In this document: positions 10,053 through 21,490 of the stretch, piece by piece | How the letters are laid out: each line of letters opens with the position of its first letter | Position numbering within the stretch: the first letter of the stretch is position 1 | Source of the DNA: Spirochaetota bacterium | Lineage (GTDB): Bacteria > Spirochaetota > UBA4802 > UBA5550 | NCBI GenBank assembly: GCA_963664815.2 | Contig: CAXXHB010000003.1 | Coordinates: 2,816,001-2,880,000, forward strand | Length of the DNA: 64,000 nucleotides | Reading direction: 5' to 3' | The notes under the pieces: model-generated | Database searches by the model: none | Told to the model about the DNA's origin: nothing | The model's input: only the letters and a program-made list of their open reading frames with translations | Translations under genes and position numbers: made by a program

Positions 10053-13000
10053 ATGTTACTACAAGAGATCTGCAGCAATATTATCTCTTCAAATGAATTC
10101 AAAAGTCTGGATATTAAACACTTCGAAACCCGTTCTATCGAAGGGATATCACCAGCCTCCTTTCCAATGATCATATCCTCGGTTTTTCATGCAATGAATA
10201 ACCAGACATTTGTTATAACAGAAAATGCTCAGCAGATGAACGATCTTTACCTTGATCTTTCATGTTTCATTGATGAGCAGTACCTTTTCAGATTTCCACC
10301 ATGGGAAACACTGCCATATGAATTTATGTCACCGCCTGAATCAGTTGAAAGATACAGGATTAAATCAATCTATAAAATAATCTCGGGCACACCGAATGTA
10401 ATTATCGCCACTGTCGATTCTGTTATCCGTAAACTGCCGTCAAAGAATTTCTTTATTAAAAAAGGTCTCACACTCTCAATAAACGAAGATTATCCATTCG
10501 ATGATGTCATATCAACTCTTGTGCAATACGGTTATACACGGGAAACAAGAGTCGATTCATTCGGTCAGTTTTCAGTTAAAGGGAGTATAATCGATATTCA
10601 TCTTTCTTCATTTGAGAATCCAGTTAGACTCGATTTTTTCGGAGATACCCTCGAATCAGTAAGGGAATTCAACATCGAAACACAGATCTCTGCCGGCCTT
10701 GATGTCTACAGTGATATTACAATTTACCCCAGGAGAGAGCTTGTCTTTTTCTCGAACGACAATAACTCAATCAGAAGTAAACTTAAAACAAAATTCAGTG
10801 ACAATATGGACATCCCGGATGATTTCAGGAACTGGCTTAAAAATGATGAAAACAAAGAGAGAATACCCGGCATTGAAGATTATTTTCATGAAATAACAGA
10901 TTCATCTACGATCATTGATTTTCTTGACCATGATGCTTCAATTATATTGCTGGACTGGCCCCAGCTTATTTCCAGAAAAAACAGAACATTAAAAAACTAC
11001 GATGATATTTACCTGCGAAAAAGCAGTGAGATATACTGCCCACCCCCCTCGTCTCTTTTAGACTTTGACGTACTTGAGAATACCCAGAAAAAATCTTTAT
11101 CTCTTCAGACTTATACGGCAAGTGCCGGTGCCTTCAACTGGAATATGAAAAGTATAAAAAATTTTCAGGGAAGGATTAAATCTGTCCGGGAAGAAATGGA
11201 GGAAAAAATCTCCGCCGGATGGACTATAATACTTACCACATCATTCGAAGGTCAGGCCAGAAGACTAAGCGATCTGTTTTCAGAACTGAAACCGGACAGT
11301 AATTTCGAACATTACAATCCAGATTCACCGGTTAACATAGTAATTACACCCTTAAGCGCCGGAGTTGAACTAGGAGAATCAAAAATTCTTATCATAACAG
11401 ACCATGAAATATTCGGCAAGAGTTACCGCAAAAGAAAACATTTTAAAAGCAAAACATCCCGTCCTATTGAAACATTCCTCGACCTCAAGCCCGGTGATTA
11501 TGTTGTACATATAAACCACGGAATCGGCATTTTTAAAAGTATAGAGAGAATGGCTGCCGGCGGAGTGGAACGGGATTTTATCCTCATCGATTATGCCGAT
11601 GAAGACAAACTCTATGTCTCTCTTGACCAGATAAACCTTGTCCAGAAATATATAGGCACCGAAGGTAAAAAACCGCGTATTGATGCCCTTGGAAAAAAAT
11701 CCGCATGGAACAGGATAAAACAGAGAGTAAAAGGTTCTGTGGAGGAAATTGCCCGGGAACTGATTAAAATCTATTCCAGACGGAGCGCTCTCCAGGGTTT
11801 CAGGTATCCGCCGGACACTCAATGGCAGGAGGAGTTTGAGTCTCTCTTTGAATACGAAGAGACACCCGACCAGCTGACGGCTATTGAGGATGTAAAGGAT
11901 GACATGGAAAAAGATAAACCTATGGACAGGCTTGTTTGCGGTGATGTAGGTTTCGGTAAAACAGAGGTTGCCATAAGAGCATCATTCAAAGCTGTGATGG
12001 CCGGCAAACAGGTTGCCATACTTGTACCGACAACAATTCTTGCGATGCAGCATTACGAAACATTTAAAAAAAGATTCAACGGCTACCCGATTGCAATTGA
12101 CATGGTCTCGCGTTTCAGGACAAAAGGCGAAATAATAAAAATAAAAAGCAAACTCGCTGACGCCTCAATAGACATTATAATAGGTACTCACGCTCTGCTT
12201 TCAGCAGACATAAATATTAAAAATCTCGGACTGCTTATCATTGATGAAGAACAGCGTTTTGGTGTCAAGCACAAGGAACAGCTTAAAAAATTCAGGACTA
12301 TAGTCGATGTTCTCACACTCTCTGCAACTCCAATTCCAAGAACTCTTCATATTTCGATGGCCGGTATCAGAGATTTAACTGTAATTGCCACTCCACCTGA
12401 AAACCGCCAGGCAATTGAAACATATGTAATAGAGGAGAATCCCGATATACTGAGAGAAGCCATTCTGAATGAAATCGGAAGGGGCGGGCAGGTATTCTAT
12501 GTGTATAACAGGGTGCAGACCATTGAAACACAGATGATCATTCTGAAAAAGCTTGTACCTGAAGCATCCTTCTGTGTTGCTCACGGACAGATGCATGAGC
12601 ATGAGCTTGAAGATATAATGATAGATTTTATGAACAGAAAATACGATGTTCTCATAAGTACAACCATTATAGAATCAGGGCTGGATATAACTAACGTAAA
12701 CACAATCATTATCAACAGGGCTGACACATTCGGTCTGTCGCAGCTATACCAGCTCAAGGGGAGAGTCGGACGATCCACGAGGCAGGCATATGCTTATCTT
12801 TTTTATCCCAGGCACACCTCCATTACAGAAGAAGCTCAGAAACGTCTGCAGGTCATTGCCGAGTATTCCGAACTGGGCAGCGGATTTAAAATAGCCATGA
12901 AGGATCTCGAAATAAGAGGTGCAGGAAATATTCTCGGCCATGAACAGTCGGGCAGTATAATGGATGTAGGTTTTGAACTCTATTGCCAGATGCTTGAAGA

Positions 13001-13478
13001 TGAAGTTAAGATGTTAAAGGGTGAGGAAATAAGGGAATATTTCAGAACATCTCTTTTTATAAAAACCGACTTTTTTATACCTGATTCGTATATGAATGAT
13101 GATAAACAGAAAATTGAGTTCTACAAGAGATTTGAATCATGCGAGTCAGTGGAGGAGGTAGATATGCTTGAAACAGAGCTCATCGACAGATTCGGCCCCC
13201 CTCCGCCGGAGGTAAATACTCTGGTTGAACTTGAGCGTATAAGAGCAATTGCCTCAACACTGAAAATCAGTGAAATTCTTGAAGAGAATAACAGAATAAA
13301 GATACGTATATCCGCTTTCTGCACAGTTCAGGGTGAAAAACTCGCATCAGTTATTTCAAAAGATAAGAGATTGTCTCTTGATCCGAAAGATCCTGAACTG
13401 CTTATTTTCAGGTATACGGAGCCGGCTGCTGAAAAAAAATTATCCGAATTAAAAAAATGGTTGCAACAATTAATGTAA
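10053..13478 (+). CDS. mfd: Transcription-repair coupling factor Mfd
   Basis: UvrB-like N-terminus, CarD/RID ([12 protein letters not shown]), [32 protein letters not shown] domain. Confidence 0.98.
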   Translation: MLLQEICSNIISSNEFKSLDIKHFETRSIEGISPASFPMIISSVFHAMNNQTFVITENAQQMNDLYLDLSCFIDEQYLFRFPPWETLPYEFMSPPESVERYRIKSIYKIISGTPNVIIATVDSVIRKLPSKNFFIKKGLTLSINEDYPFDDVISTLVQYGYTRETRVDSFGQFSVKGSIIDIHLSSFENPVRLDFFGDTLESVREFNIETQISAGLDVYSDITIYPRRELVFFSNDNNSIRSKLKTKFSDNMDIPDDFRNWLKNDENKERIPGIEDYFHEITDSSTIIDFLDHDASIILLDWPQLISRKNRTLKNYDDIYLRKSSEIYCPPPSSLLDFDVLENTQKKSLSLQTYTASAGAFNWNMKSIKNFQGRIKSVREEMEEKISAGWTIILTTSFEGQARRLSDLFSELKPDSNFEHYNPDSPVNIVITPLSAGVELGESKILIITDHEIFGKSYRKRKHFKSKTSRPIETFLDLKPGDYVVHINHGIGIFKSIERMAAGGVERDFILIDYADEDKLYVSLDQINLVQKYIGTEGKKPRIDALGKKSAWNRIKQRVKGSVEEIARELIKIYSRRSALQGFRYPPDTQWQEEFESLFEYEETPDQLTAIEDVKDDMEKDKPMDRLVCGDVGFGKTEVAIRASFKAVMAGKQVAILVPTTILAMQHYETFKKRFNGYPIAIDMVSRFRTKGEIIKIKSKLADASIDIIIGTHALLSADINIKNLGLLIIDEEQRFGVKHKEQLKKFRTIVDVLTLSATPIPRTLHISMAGIRDLTVIATPPENRQAIETYVIEENPDILREAILNEIGRGGQVFYVYNRVQTIETQMIILKKLVPEASFCVAHGQMHEHELEDIMIDFMNRKYDVLISTTIIESGLDITNVNTIIINRADTFGLSQLYQLKGRVGRSTRQAYAYLFYPRHTSITEEAQKRLQVIAEYSELGSGFKIAMKDLEIRGAGNILGHEQSGSIMDVGFELYCQMLEDEVKMLKGEEIREYFRTSLFIKTDFFIPDSYMNDDKQKIEFYKRFESCESVEEVDMLETELIDRFGPPPPEVNTLVELERIRAIASTLKISEILEENNRIKIRISAFCTVQGEKLASVISKDKRLSLDPKDPELLIFRYTEPAAEKKLSELKKWLQQLM

Positions 13479-13546
13479 CTAAATTGATATTTAACTACAA
13501 ACTTACCAGAACTTCAAGAAAATTATATTAAACATAAGGAAGAAAT

Positions 13547-14185
13547 ATGAAAATCAAACATTTATTAGCAATTAGCATTATTGTTATGCTTGTGATTCCA
13601 CAAATATCGTGTAAAAAAGATTGGGCAGCAAAAGTTGATAATGAAACAATTTCCATGGATGAGTTTAACAAGTTCTATTATCTCCAGAGTAAAATGATGA
13701 CCAATGTTGAGACCAATGAAGAGGTTGATAAACTTGCCGAAAATCCGACATATGCCAACCACCCACTTCTGAGTAAAGCAGGTTTCCTCGAACATCTGAT
13801 AGCACAAAAGCTTCTTTATAAAAAAGCAATGAACGATAAAAATATAGATAAAGATGAACTTGATACCATTATTGAAATGATAAAAATTCAGACAGTCGCA
13901 CAATACTATCTCGGTAAAAAGCTGAAAGACCGAATTACAGTTTCCGATGAAGAAGTGAATGCTGTGTATAATGAGAACAAGGCTAAATTCACGGGAAAAA
14001 CAGCAGATGAAGCAACTGCTTATATAAAACAGCAGATTTTCTCACAGAAATCCAGACAGGAAACCAATAGATACGTTATGGATCTTATAGCAGAAAGCAA
14101 GGTTGACAAAGATGGATTTAAAAAATATCAGGAAAGTAAGAAAAATACCACCCCTTCAGGCGTAAAAACAGAAGATAAAAAGTAA
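13547..14185 (+). CDS. LipL31-like lipoprotein with SurA N-terminal-like fold
   Basis: Lipobox QISC; WAAKVDNETIS, LIAQKLLYKKA, ITVSDEEV..Y pattern; position after mfd as recalled for Leptospira lipL31. Confidence 0.75.
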   Translation: MKIKHLLAISIIVMLVIPQISCKKDWAAKVDNETISMDEFNKFYYLQSKMMTNVETNEEVDKLAENPTYANHPLLSKAGFLEHLIAQKLLYKKAMNDKNIDKDELDTIIEMIKIQTVAQYYLGKKLKDRITVSDEEVNAVYNENKAKFTGKTADEATAYIKQQIFSQKSRQETNRYVMDLIAESKVDKDGFKKYQESKKNTTPSGVKTEDKK

Positions 14186-14209
14186 TTACTATTAATTATT
14201 TATAAAATA

Positions 14210-14248
14210 AAAAATTAAAACCCCGCCATATGCGGGGTTTTAATTTTT
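14210..14248 (+). terminator. Intrinsic (bidirectional) terminator
   Basis: AAAAATTAAAACCCCGC-CATAT-GCGGGGTTTTAATTTTT perfect stem. Confidence 0.9.
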
Positions 14249-14368
14249 GTAAAATCTTACTTTACAAATATATAAATATATTTTATAATATAAAAAAATT
14301 TAATATTGACTAATAGATTGTTTTATTACTATTATTATAACTCTAAATATTTTAATTGAGGTATCAAA

Positions 14369-14938
14369 ATGACAAAGGTAAGTTATCTAAATAAAATAGT
14401 CATTTTTATTTTCATTTCCATTTTTTTTATTTCATGCAGTTCAAAAAAGAATCTGGTTTATTCAACAAATAAACTCTCAACAAATGCAAAAATTGCAGTA
14501 ATTATTGATTCAGAAAACAATTTAAAAAATGCCGTGCTCATTACGTTCCTCAAGCAGGGATTCAAGGTTAAGGCAGTTAATGCCGCCGATCTATATACTA
14601 TGAAAGATGTTTATGATATTGCAGATTTAAAAAGACTTTCATATAATATTGCAGAAGATAATGTTTCAACTGTCCAGAAGACTTACGATAATATATATAA
14701 ACTTCATGTTTATAATTTTGAACTCAGCAAGGCTGAATATCTAAAACAGATAAAAACAGAATGGGATGTTGAATATATTGTTCTTCTGGATCTGAAAAAC
14801 TGGGAAAAAGTAAGCTGGGCAAGAGTAATTAACCTGAAGAATTTTGAGTTGGACTTTATTGAAAATTATCCTACTGCCTATAATGATAATATCGAAACAA
14901 TTACAAATCATTTTATTAAAAACATAACAGGGAAATAA
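14369..14938 (+). CDS. Hypothetical lipoprotein
   Basis: Hydrophobic signal ending FISC lipobox; GAGG RBS. Confidence 0.8.
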   Translation: MTKVSYLNKIVIFIFISIFFISCSSKKNLVYSTNKLSTNAKIAVIIDSENNLKNAVLITFLKQGFKVKAVNAADLYTMKDVYDIADLKRLSYNIAEDNVSTVQKTYDNIYKLHVYNFELSKAEYLKQIKTEWDVEYIVLLDLKNWEKVSWARVINLKNFELDFIENYPTAYNDNIETITNHFIKNITGK

Positions 14939-14943
14939 TAAAA

Positions 14944-15984
14944 TTGAATTGTAAACCTATATATATACTGGCCCTTACTCTCGCCTTAACTTTTATAAAT
15001 GTTAGCGCCAGAGCCTCTGATACTCTGGCCTTCGGTTTTTTTACAAATGAGTCAAAGAATGACAGCTTTGATTATCTTGAAAAAATATTGCCGAATTCAT
15101 TTGCCAGTGCTCTTAAAAATAAATATAACTTCAAGGTTTTAAAACCTGGCCAGATTAAGGTACTTGAACCTGAAAAAAACAGCCCATTAAAAAAAGAAAT
15201 TCTGGAGGATGAGCTTCCTGTTACAACTGAAGATATTAATGCAGATTATTTTATATATGGTTCATTTAAACCTCTTGATAATAACAAAATTCAACTTAAC
15301 GTAACAGTTTATAAAATCGGTACAACTGATGTTTTCCGCTTTGAGGATTCAGGTTATCTTGAAACTGAATTTTTTAAATTTGTTGATAAAATAGCATCTC
15401 AGATTAAATATATAGCTAATGATTCAATGATATATAAAAACGAAAGAATATCTTCCAAATCCAAGCTTGCTATATTTACAAATCTTGAAGGTGCGGAACT
15501 TAATACTTTATATTATGAATTTCTTAACAGCGGTTATAAACTGTCCTCTACTCAGGGAAATGAACTTTATGGATTAATGGACCATGAACAGATAATGAAA
15601 TTTTATCATTTCAGCGGCTCCAATGCGTCTTACCACATAATCAGCAACAGAAAAGATGTTAAGTTATTGCATGGTACCTGGTCTGGAGTCGGGTATTACA
15701 GAAAGATTATTGAAGAGAAAGATACGTATGAAAAATATTCTTTCAACTACCTGAAGACAATAAATGAACAACTAAAACTTTTAAAGGCATTTAATTCCGA
15801 TGCCATTGATTATATTTTAATAATCGGTTTTGATGAAGATAAATCCAATGCTTGGATAAGATGTCTCAGTATAAAAGATAATAAACTGATAGTTGCTGAA
15901 TCTGAAATTGAGGGTTCATCAATAGATGAAATTGCAAAAAAGGTAATAAAGAGTGTTACAACTGGACTTCCGGATAAATTATAA
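14944..15984 (+). CDS. Exported hypothetical protein, possibly TolB-N/CsgG-like fold
   Basis: Signal peptide; LAFGFF.N.S....DYL...LP, ADYFIYGSF pattern. Confidence 0.65.
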   Translation: MNCKPIYILALTLALTFINVSARASDTLAFGFFTNESKNDSFDYLEKILPNSFASALKNKYNFKVLKPGQIKVLEPEKNSPLKKEILEDELPVTTEDINADYFIYGSFKPLDNNKIQLNVTVYKIGTTDVFRFEDSGYLETEFFKFVDKIASQIKYIANDSMIYKNERISSKSKLAIFTNLEGAELNTLYYEFLNSGYKLSSTQGNELYGLMDHEQIMKFYHFSGSNASYHIISNRKDVKLLHGTWSGVGYYRKIIEEKDTYEKYSFNYLKTINEQLKLLKAFNSDAIDYILIIGFDEDKSNAWIRCLSIKDNKLIVAESEIEGSSIDEIAKKVIKSVTTGLPDKL

Positions 15985-15988
15985 TATC

Positions 15989-16693
15989 TCATCTGTTCCT
16001 TAAAATAGTTTCCGCTTCTTTAAACAATCCTGTTTTCCTGTATGCATCAATGATTGATTTTTTATATGACTGATTAAATCTATCTGCTTCAAAAGCCGCT
16101 TTAAAATAGTTGATAGCCTCTGTCGGTTTTCCTTTTTTATCAAGATTCAAACCTATGTAATAGGATAGCTCCGGCAGCATAAATGTATTCTTATTGGCAT
16201 ATATTAATGCCTTATAGGATTCCTCATATCTCCCTTTTTTATATAAAGCCACTCCATAATAAAAAGATGTATTAACATTCTTGAGCATTATTTTTCTGTC
16301 ATAAAAATTCAGTAAATCAACATAGTTGCCCTTATCATAAAGGCTCTTAATGATCTCTTCGAGAGTCCGGTTTTCCTCAATAGATTTATCTGATATATCT
16401 GAAATCATTTCAGCACTTTGAAGGACATTTCCTAATTCCAGATAGTTAAATGCCGCGATTTTTTTTAACTCGTCATTTTCAGGATAGATATATAATAGCG
16501 GATTTAAAAAATTTTCCAGCTTTCTATATTGTTTTTTATCATACATGTCAGCTGCTTTAATCAGCAATTGATTTTCATTATACATTTTATTATAATAGAT
16601 CTTCAAATAGTAAAAATATATACGTCCACTATATTTATATGATACAAATATAGTAGACGAAAAAAGAAATAATATCAATATAAACTTTTTCAT
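15989..16693 (-). CDS. Membrane-anchored TPR protein
   Basis: N-terminal hydrophobic segment; YYGVALYKKGRYEES and YYIGLNLDKKGKPTEA TPR motifs. Confidence 0.8.
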   Translation of the reverse strand: MKKFILILFLFSSTIFVSYKYSGRIYFYYLKIYYNKMYNENQLLIKAADMYDKKQYRKLENFLNPLLYIYPENDELKKIAAFNYLELGNVLQSAEMISDISDKSIEENRTLEEIIKSLYDKGNYVDLLNFYDRKIMLKNVNTSFYYGVALYKKGRYEESYKALIYANKNTFMLPELSYYIGLNLDKKGKPTEAINYFKAAFEADRFNQSYKKSIIDAYRKTGLFKEAETILRNR

Positions 16694-16877
16694 TTTAATA
16701 ATACCTCAGATATTTTATCCAATTACTTAATATTCTTATATTCACAGAAGCATTAAAGTATCTGAAAATTTATTTAATTCTTGAAATAAATCAATATAAA
16801 AAATATTTTAACAGAAAAGGAAAAATTTTTTACTAATTTGCGTTTCTATACGTATTTAGTAACAGGGATATATAAAG

Positions 16878-17483
16878 ATGAAGAAAAAGTTTTTTTTAAC
16901 CACAATATTCTTTATGGTTTTGTTTGATTATTCATTTGCAATAACAGGTGATGAAGCGTTATCAAGTTTCAGGAACAGAATGGGCAGTATCGGCAAATTG
17001 ACAGGAATTATTTCATGGTCTTATTCTACAGGTGAAACATATACGGGCAGTTTTAAGTTTATGAGTCCCGGAAAAATTTATATAAAATTCAGCAATCCTT
17101 CAGGTAAAATAATTGTATCGAATGGAAGAAGTTTATGGGTTTATTCTCCCGGAAGTAATATATGTGGAGTCCAGGATCTTGGTGGAGGAGGTTCAGGTGG
17201 GATTGCTGCATTAACAACCGGTTATTTGGCCATTGTAACTGCACAGGGACCCGGAGGGTACACGATAAAACTTAAAAGTAATGAAAAGTCTTTTTCAGAA
17301 ATAACACTTATTGTTGATTCAACATTTTTCTTAAAAAAAGCAATAATAAAATCAAAAAATGGTGAATCATACAACTTTTCTATTTCAAATATCAACGCAA
17401 ACGCATCAGTAATACCAAGTATCTTTGATTTTAATGCTCCTTCAAATGCTCAGGTTGTAAAAAATCCGCTGAATATAAAATGA
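16878..17483 (+). CDS. LolA family outer-membrane lipoprotein carrier protein
   Basis: Signal peptide; PGKIYIKFSNPSGKIIVSNGRSLWVYSP and FDFNAPSNAQVV motifs. Confidence 0.85.
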   Translation: MKKKFFLTTIFFMVLFDYSFAITGDEALSSFRNRMGSIGKLTGIISWSYSTGETYTGSFKFMSPGKIYIKFSNPSGKIIVSNGRSLWVYSPGSNICGVQDLGGGGSGGIAALTTGYLAIVTAQGPGGYTIKLKSNEKSFSEITLIVDSTFFLKKAIIKSKNGESYNFSISNINANASVIPSIFDFNAPSNAQVVKNPLNIK

Positions 17484-17493
17484 GGATAAATAT

Positions 17494-18072
17494 TTGAATA
17501 AATCAGGGATTATAATATCATTGTTAATACTTATTCTTTTTCCGGTTTTTGTAAGTGCTCAGGATGTAAAAGATGATGAAACCATGAATTATACTTACCT
17601 TGGACCGTCTCTCTCCTTTGCATACAATAAAGCAGAATATGATGACTGGATCGACAATTCAACAAAAACAAAAAAAATGACAGGGTATTCTTTCGCAGGT
17701 GGATTAGCTCTTAATATTTTCGCCGATCCACTGTGTGGTGACTTTCAGTTAAAATACACATACAACAAACTGGACTATACACTGACATTCCTGGAAATCG
17801 ATGTTACAGGTAAATATTTATATCCATTAAATAATTCTTTTTCTGTTGGAGCCGGCCTTGGTTTGTATTTCGAAACTCCACCATCAAACCGCTCACACAA
17901 TGGCAGTGCCGGTTTGCAGTTTCCTCTGACTCTTCTTCATAACATATCTCAAAATACAAAAATTTACATGGATTTATATTATAAATACGGCAGTTTTGGT
18001 ATAGGTGAAAATACTGAATCCATGTCTGCAGGAATTAATGTCGGTCTCATCTTTAAAGTCGGAAGGATATAG
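17494..18072 (+). CDS. Small outer-membrane beta-barrel protein
   Basis: Signal peptide; ~8 amphipathic strands (GAGLGLYF, GINVGLIFK). Confidence 0.7.
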   Translation: MNKSGIIISLLILILFPVFVSAQDVKDDETMNYTYLGPSLSFAYNKAEYDDWIDNSTKTKKMTGYSFAGGLALNIFADPLCGDFQLKYTYNKLDYTLTFLEIDVTGKYLYPLNNSFSVGAGLGLYFETPPSNRSHNGSAGLQFPLTLLHNISQNTKIYMDLYYKYGSFGIGENTESMSAGINVGLIFKVGRI

Positions 18073-19924
18073 CAGCTTTCTGAATAATGCAGCTGTTCCA
18101 TCTACTCCACTATGCTTCTTTATAATATCTGTAATACTTAATTCTTATATTCACATCACCGGGATATATGCCATATTGTTCTCAATTGTTTTTTTTCTCT
18201 TATTTGTAATCACCTTATTGTTTACTTTATACAAATTCAAAAATTATTTTATCAGTTTAAAAACAATAATTATTTTCATTCCGATAATTATTGCAGTCTG
18301 TTGTCTGATAATGGTTTTTTTTAAATACAAAATCGGAAATCTCACTGAAGAAAAGGATTTACCAGATTACATAAATAATACTTCATTAGTCATCGATGAG
18401 ATAAACCTGAAACGTTACTCTTCCGATGTTTATTTCCATACAACAGGAGAAAAAACCAATGCTATTAAAGGGATTATCTATTATAATGGCATACCTGATT
18501 TCAACAAAGATGACATTATATTCATACACCACAAAATAAAAAAAATAAAAAATGGCACAGGAAGTTCCTTTAATTATTACCTGATCTCCAGAGGTATACA
18601 CTATGCAGCAGGATTAGCTGAAAACGATATTACAATTATAACAAAAAATAAGCTTTCTTCTCATGCATATTTACAAAAAGCTCTTCTAAATAAAATTGAT
18701 CTTATTTTTAAAGAGCCCTCTTCCGGAGTAATAAAAGCTCTCCTTACAGGAAATCAGAATTATGTAAATAAAAATATTCTCATACAATATCGCAACTCCG
18801 GTGTTCTGCACAGTCTGTCTGCGTCAGGATTGCATGTGGCTGTATTCGCAGCAATACCATCTTTTCTATTAATTCCCCTTTTAAGAAAAAACATAGCCAT
18901 GTCTGTTTCTCTATTTACTGTACTATTATATCTTTATATTACCGATATACCGATCCCGTTGATACGTGCTGTTATAATGTTTGGCCTGTTCTATTTACAA
19001 TCATTGCTTTTCAGGAAAAGAAATGTTTTTAATTATCTAATGCTTACATGTTCGATAATCCTGATATTTTCTCCATGGGAAATCTTCAGTCCGGGATTCC
19101 AGCTTAGTTTTGCTGCAACTGCAGGGATTCTTATTTTTTATAAACAGTACAAGTATTCGCTGAGAAGTCTCCCGGATAAAATATCAGGTTCCATTGCTGT
19201 TACAATGTCAGCACAGATAATGACAATACCAATAGTCCTTTTCCATATGAACCAGCTGAATCTGTCAGGATTAGCAGCAAATATAGTTGTAATTCCACTT
19301 ATTTCACTGATAATGGGAACTGCTGTATTTACAATTATAATATCATTCGTTTCAATTAATTCGGCAATTGCTTCAGGATATATGACAGATCTGATTTTTA
19401 AACTATCAGCTTTAATTACAAACTTTTTCAGCGAATTAAGACTCAATTTTTTTGTCTTTGATATTACACCGTTATTAATACTGTTATTACTTCTAAGTTT
19501 AGTACCTGTTATTAACAACCGCAAATCGATGAAACTGAGATTTTATCCTGTTATAATATCCACTCTTCTCTGTGTTATTTACATGAAAAAATATTACCAG
19601 AATAATGAAGACCGTTATGTAATTACAGATCAAAACTCAAAAGCAGATATTATTATTGAGAATAATCTGCATGTTTTAAAACTTGATTTAAAAGAAGGTG
19701 TTGACATTGAGAAGATCGTTTCCGGAATTAAAAGTAAAAATTATGATATTAGAATTATCGAACTTTCCAGCATCAGTAATTCGAATCTGCTTGTATCAGG
19801 AAAGATTTTAAATGATTATATAATTGATGAATACAGGTTTCCCCTGATACCGGATCCAGACATTATTTTCAGGAAACTGATTTTTCAACTTGAAAAAGAT
19901 AATATAATTATAAAATTTAGATAG
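18005..19924 (+). CDS. comEC: ComEC/Rec2 competence protein (no intact MBL domain evident; start uncertain)
   Basis: ALLTG, SGVLHSLSASGLHV, RAVIM, GFQLSFAAT motifs. Confidence 0.9.
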   Translation: MKILNPCLQELMSVSSLKSEGYSSFLNNAAVPSTPLCFFIISVILNSYIHITGIYAILFSIVFFLLFVITLLFTLYKFKNYFISLKTIIIFIPIIIAVCCLIMVFFKYKIGNLTEEKDLPDYINNTSLVIDEINLKRYSSDVYFHTTGEKTNAIKGIIYYNGIPDFNKDDIIFIHHKIKKIKNGTGSSFNYYLISRGIHYAAGLAENDITIITKNKLSSHAYLQKALLNKIDLIFKEPSSGVIKALLTGNQNYVNKNILIQYRNSGVLHSLSASGLHVAVFAAIPSFLLIPLLRKNIAMSVSLFTVLLYLYITDIPIPLIRAVIMFGLFYLQSLLFRKRNVFNYLMLTCSIILIFSPWEIFSPGFQLSFAATAGILIFYKQYKYSLRSLPDKISGSIAVTMSAQIMTIPIVLFHMNQLNLSGLAANIVVIPLISLIMGTAVFTIIISFVSINSAIASGYMTDLIFKLSALITNFFSELRLNFFVFDITPLLILLLLLSLVPVINNRKSMKLRFYPVIISTLLCVIYMKKYYQNNEDRYVITDQNSKADIIIENNLHVLKLDLKEGVDIEKIVSGIKSKNYDIRIIELSSISNSNLLVSGKILNDYIIDEYRFPLIPDPDIIFRKLIFQLEKDNIIIKFR

Positions 19925-19996
19925 TTATATCTTTATTTTATAATAATCCGCCGATATTATAATTGATAAACCAAAATGATTAAATGATTTTAAAAT

Positions 19997-21484
19997 ATGA
20001 TAATTGATAATAAAAATTATAGTGATAAAATATTGAATGGTGAAGAAGTTTCATTCTCTTTCCGATTTATTGATGATAAGTCTCTGTTACTTATTAATAC
20101 ACTGATACTCAGAGTTCTGTCATCACAGGGCAACATTTTCCTTCTTGAAACAATAATTACAATAATCAGAGAAATAGTTTTCAACGCTTTTAAAGCAAAT
20201 CTTAAAAGAATCTATTTTGAAAAATTGAATATTGATATCAATGACAATTCAAAATATGAATTCTACATGAAAAATTTTAAGGAAGACTACTTATACAACC
20301 TGAGCGAGATTGAACCGGAAATTACAGCAAACCAGAACTATTATATTCAGGTTACTTTTGAACAGAAAGAAAATATCCTCAATATTTCAGTTTTTAATAA
20401 TGTTGAAATTATTCAAGAGGAATATGAACGGATCCGATCAAGAATTGAACAATCAAAAATTTCACAAAATTTAGCTGATGCATATAATGATGTATATGAT
20501 CCTACCGAAGGAGCCGGATTAGGTCTTGTATTGATGGTTTTTCTTTTAAAAAACTCCGGCATTGGTGCAGATAATCTATTAATTACCCATGATCTTAAAG
20601 GTATAACGGTCAGAATAAGTATTCCTAAACAGCTCAAGGAAGAGTCTATAATTTCTGATGTAAAAACAAAAATTCTGAAAGACGTGGACTCTCTGCCTAC
20701 ATTCCCGGAAAATATACTTGAACTTCAGAGACTCTGCAATAACAAAGAATCATCAATTGATGAAATATCTGAAAAAATATCCCGTGATCCTGCGCTAACA
20801 GCTGATGTTATTAAACTGTCAAACTCAGCAGGATTTGTCCCTGGTAAAAAGATTTCTACGATTAAAGATGCAGTAAAAATAATAGGGCTTAAAAATCTTT
20901 ATCTGATACTTACTGCCAGTACTGCTAAAACAATACTTGGAAACAAATATAAAAAATTTGAAACAATCTGGGAACATTGTGTCCGCGTCGCATATTATTC
21001 CCGTCAGATTGCAAAGATGAAACACCTCGGGAACATTGCTGACACAGCTTTTATAACCGGTTTACTGCATGATATCGGTAAAATTGTTCTGCTCTCGGCG
21101 GATGAAAAAATTATTAATACAATTTCTGAAATCACAAAGAATAAACAACTAAGATCATCCACTATTCTTGAAGAAATTTCTGTCGGTATCAGCCACGCGG
21201 AGATAGGCCGACTAATCGCAGAAAAATGGAATTTTCCGGATGATCTTAAAATGTCTATTGCCGATCACCACTCCCCTCTAAATGCCGAACCTGCCAACAG
21301 GGATCTTTCATTTATTATATATTTTGCCAATATGTTATGCGGAATTGAAACTAATAAATATAACTATTACTACATCGAGACCGATGTTTTAAGCTGGTTT
21401 AAACTCGGTTCAATGGAACAGTTGCAGAATTTTCATCAGAAAGTAAAACAAAGTTACAATGACCAACAAATGTCACCGGGTTAA
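19997..21484 (+). CDS. HATPase-like + HDOD domain protein
   Basis: REIVFNAFKA and EGAGLGL (N/G boxes); LPTFP, DPALTADVIKLSNS, GLLHDIGK, HAEIG..IAEKWNFP. Confidence 0.9.
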   Translation: MIIDNKNYSDKILNGEEVSFSFRFIDDKSLLLINTLILRVLSSQGNIFLLETIITIIREIVFNAFKANLKRIYFEKLNIDINDNSKYEFYMKNFKEDYLYNLSEIEPEITANQNYYIQVTFEQKENILNISVFNNVEIIQEEYERIRSRIEQSKISQNLADAYNDVYDPTEGAGLGLVLMVFLLKNSGIGADNLLITHDLKGITVRISIPKQLKEESIISDVKTKILKDVDSLPTFPENILELQRLCNNKESSIDEISEKISRDPALTADVIKLSNSAGFVPGKKISTIKDAVKIIGLKNLYLILTASTAKTILGNKYKKFETIWEHCVRVAYYSRQIAKMKHLGNIADTAFITGLLHDIGKIVLLSADEKIINTISEITKNKQLRSSTILEEISVGISHAEIGRLIAEKWNFPDDLKMSIADHHSPLNAEPANRDLSFIIYFANMLCGIETNKYNYYYIETDVLSWFKLGSMEQLQNFHQKVKQSYNDQQMSPG

Positions 21485-21490
21485 CTGGAG

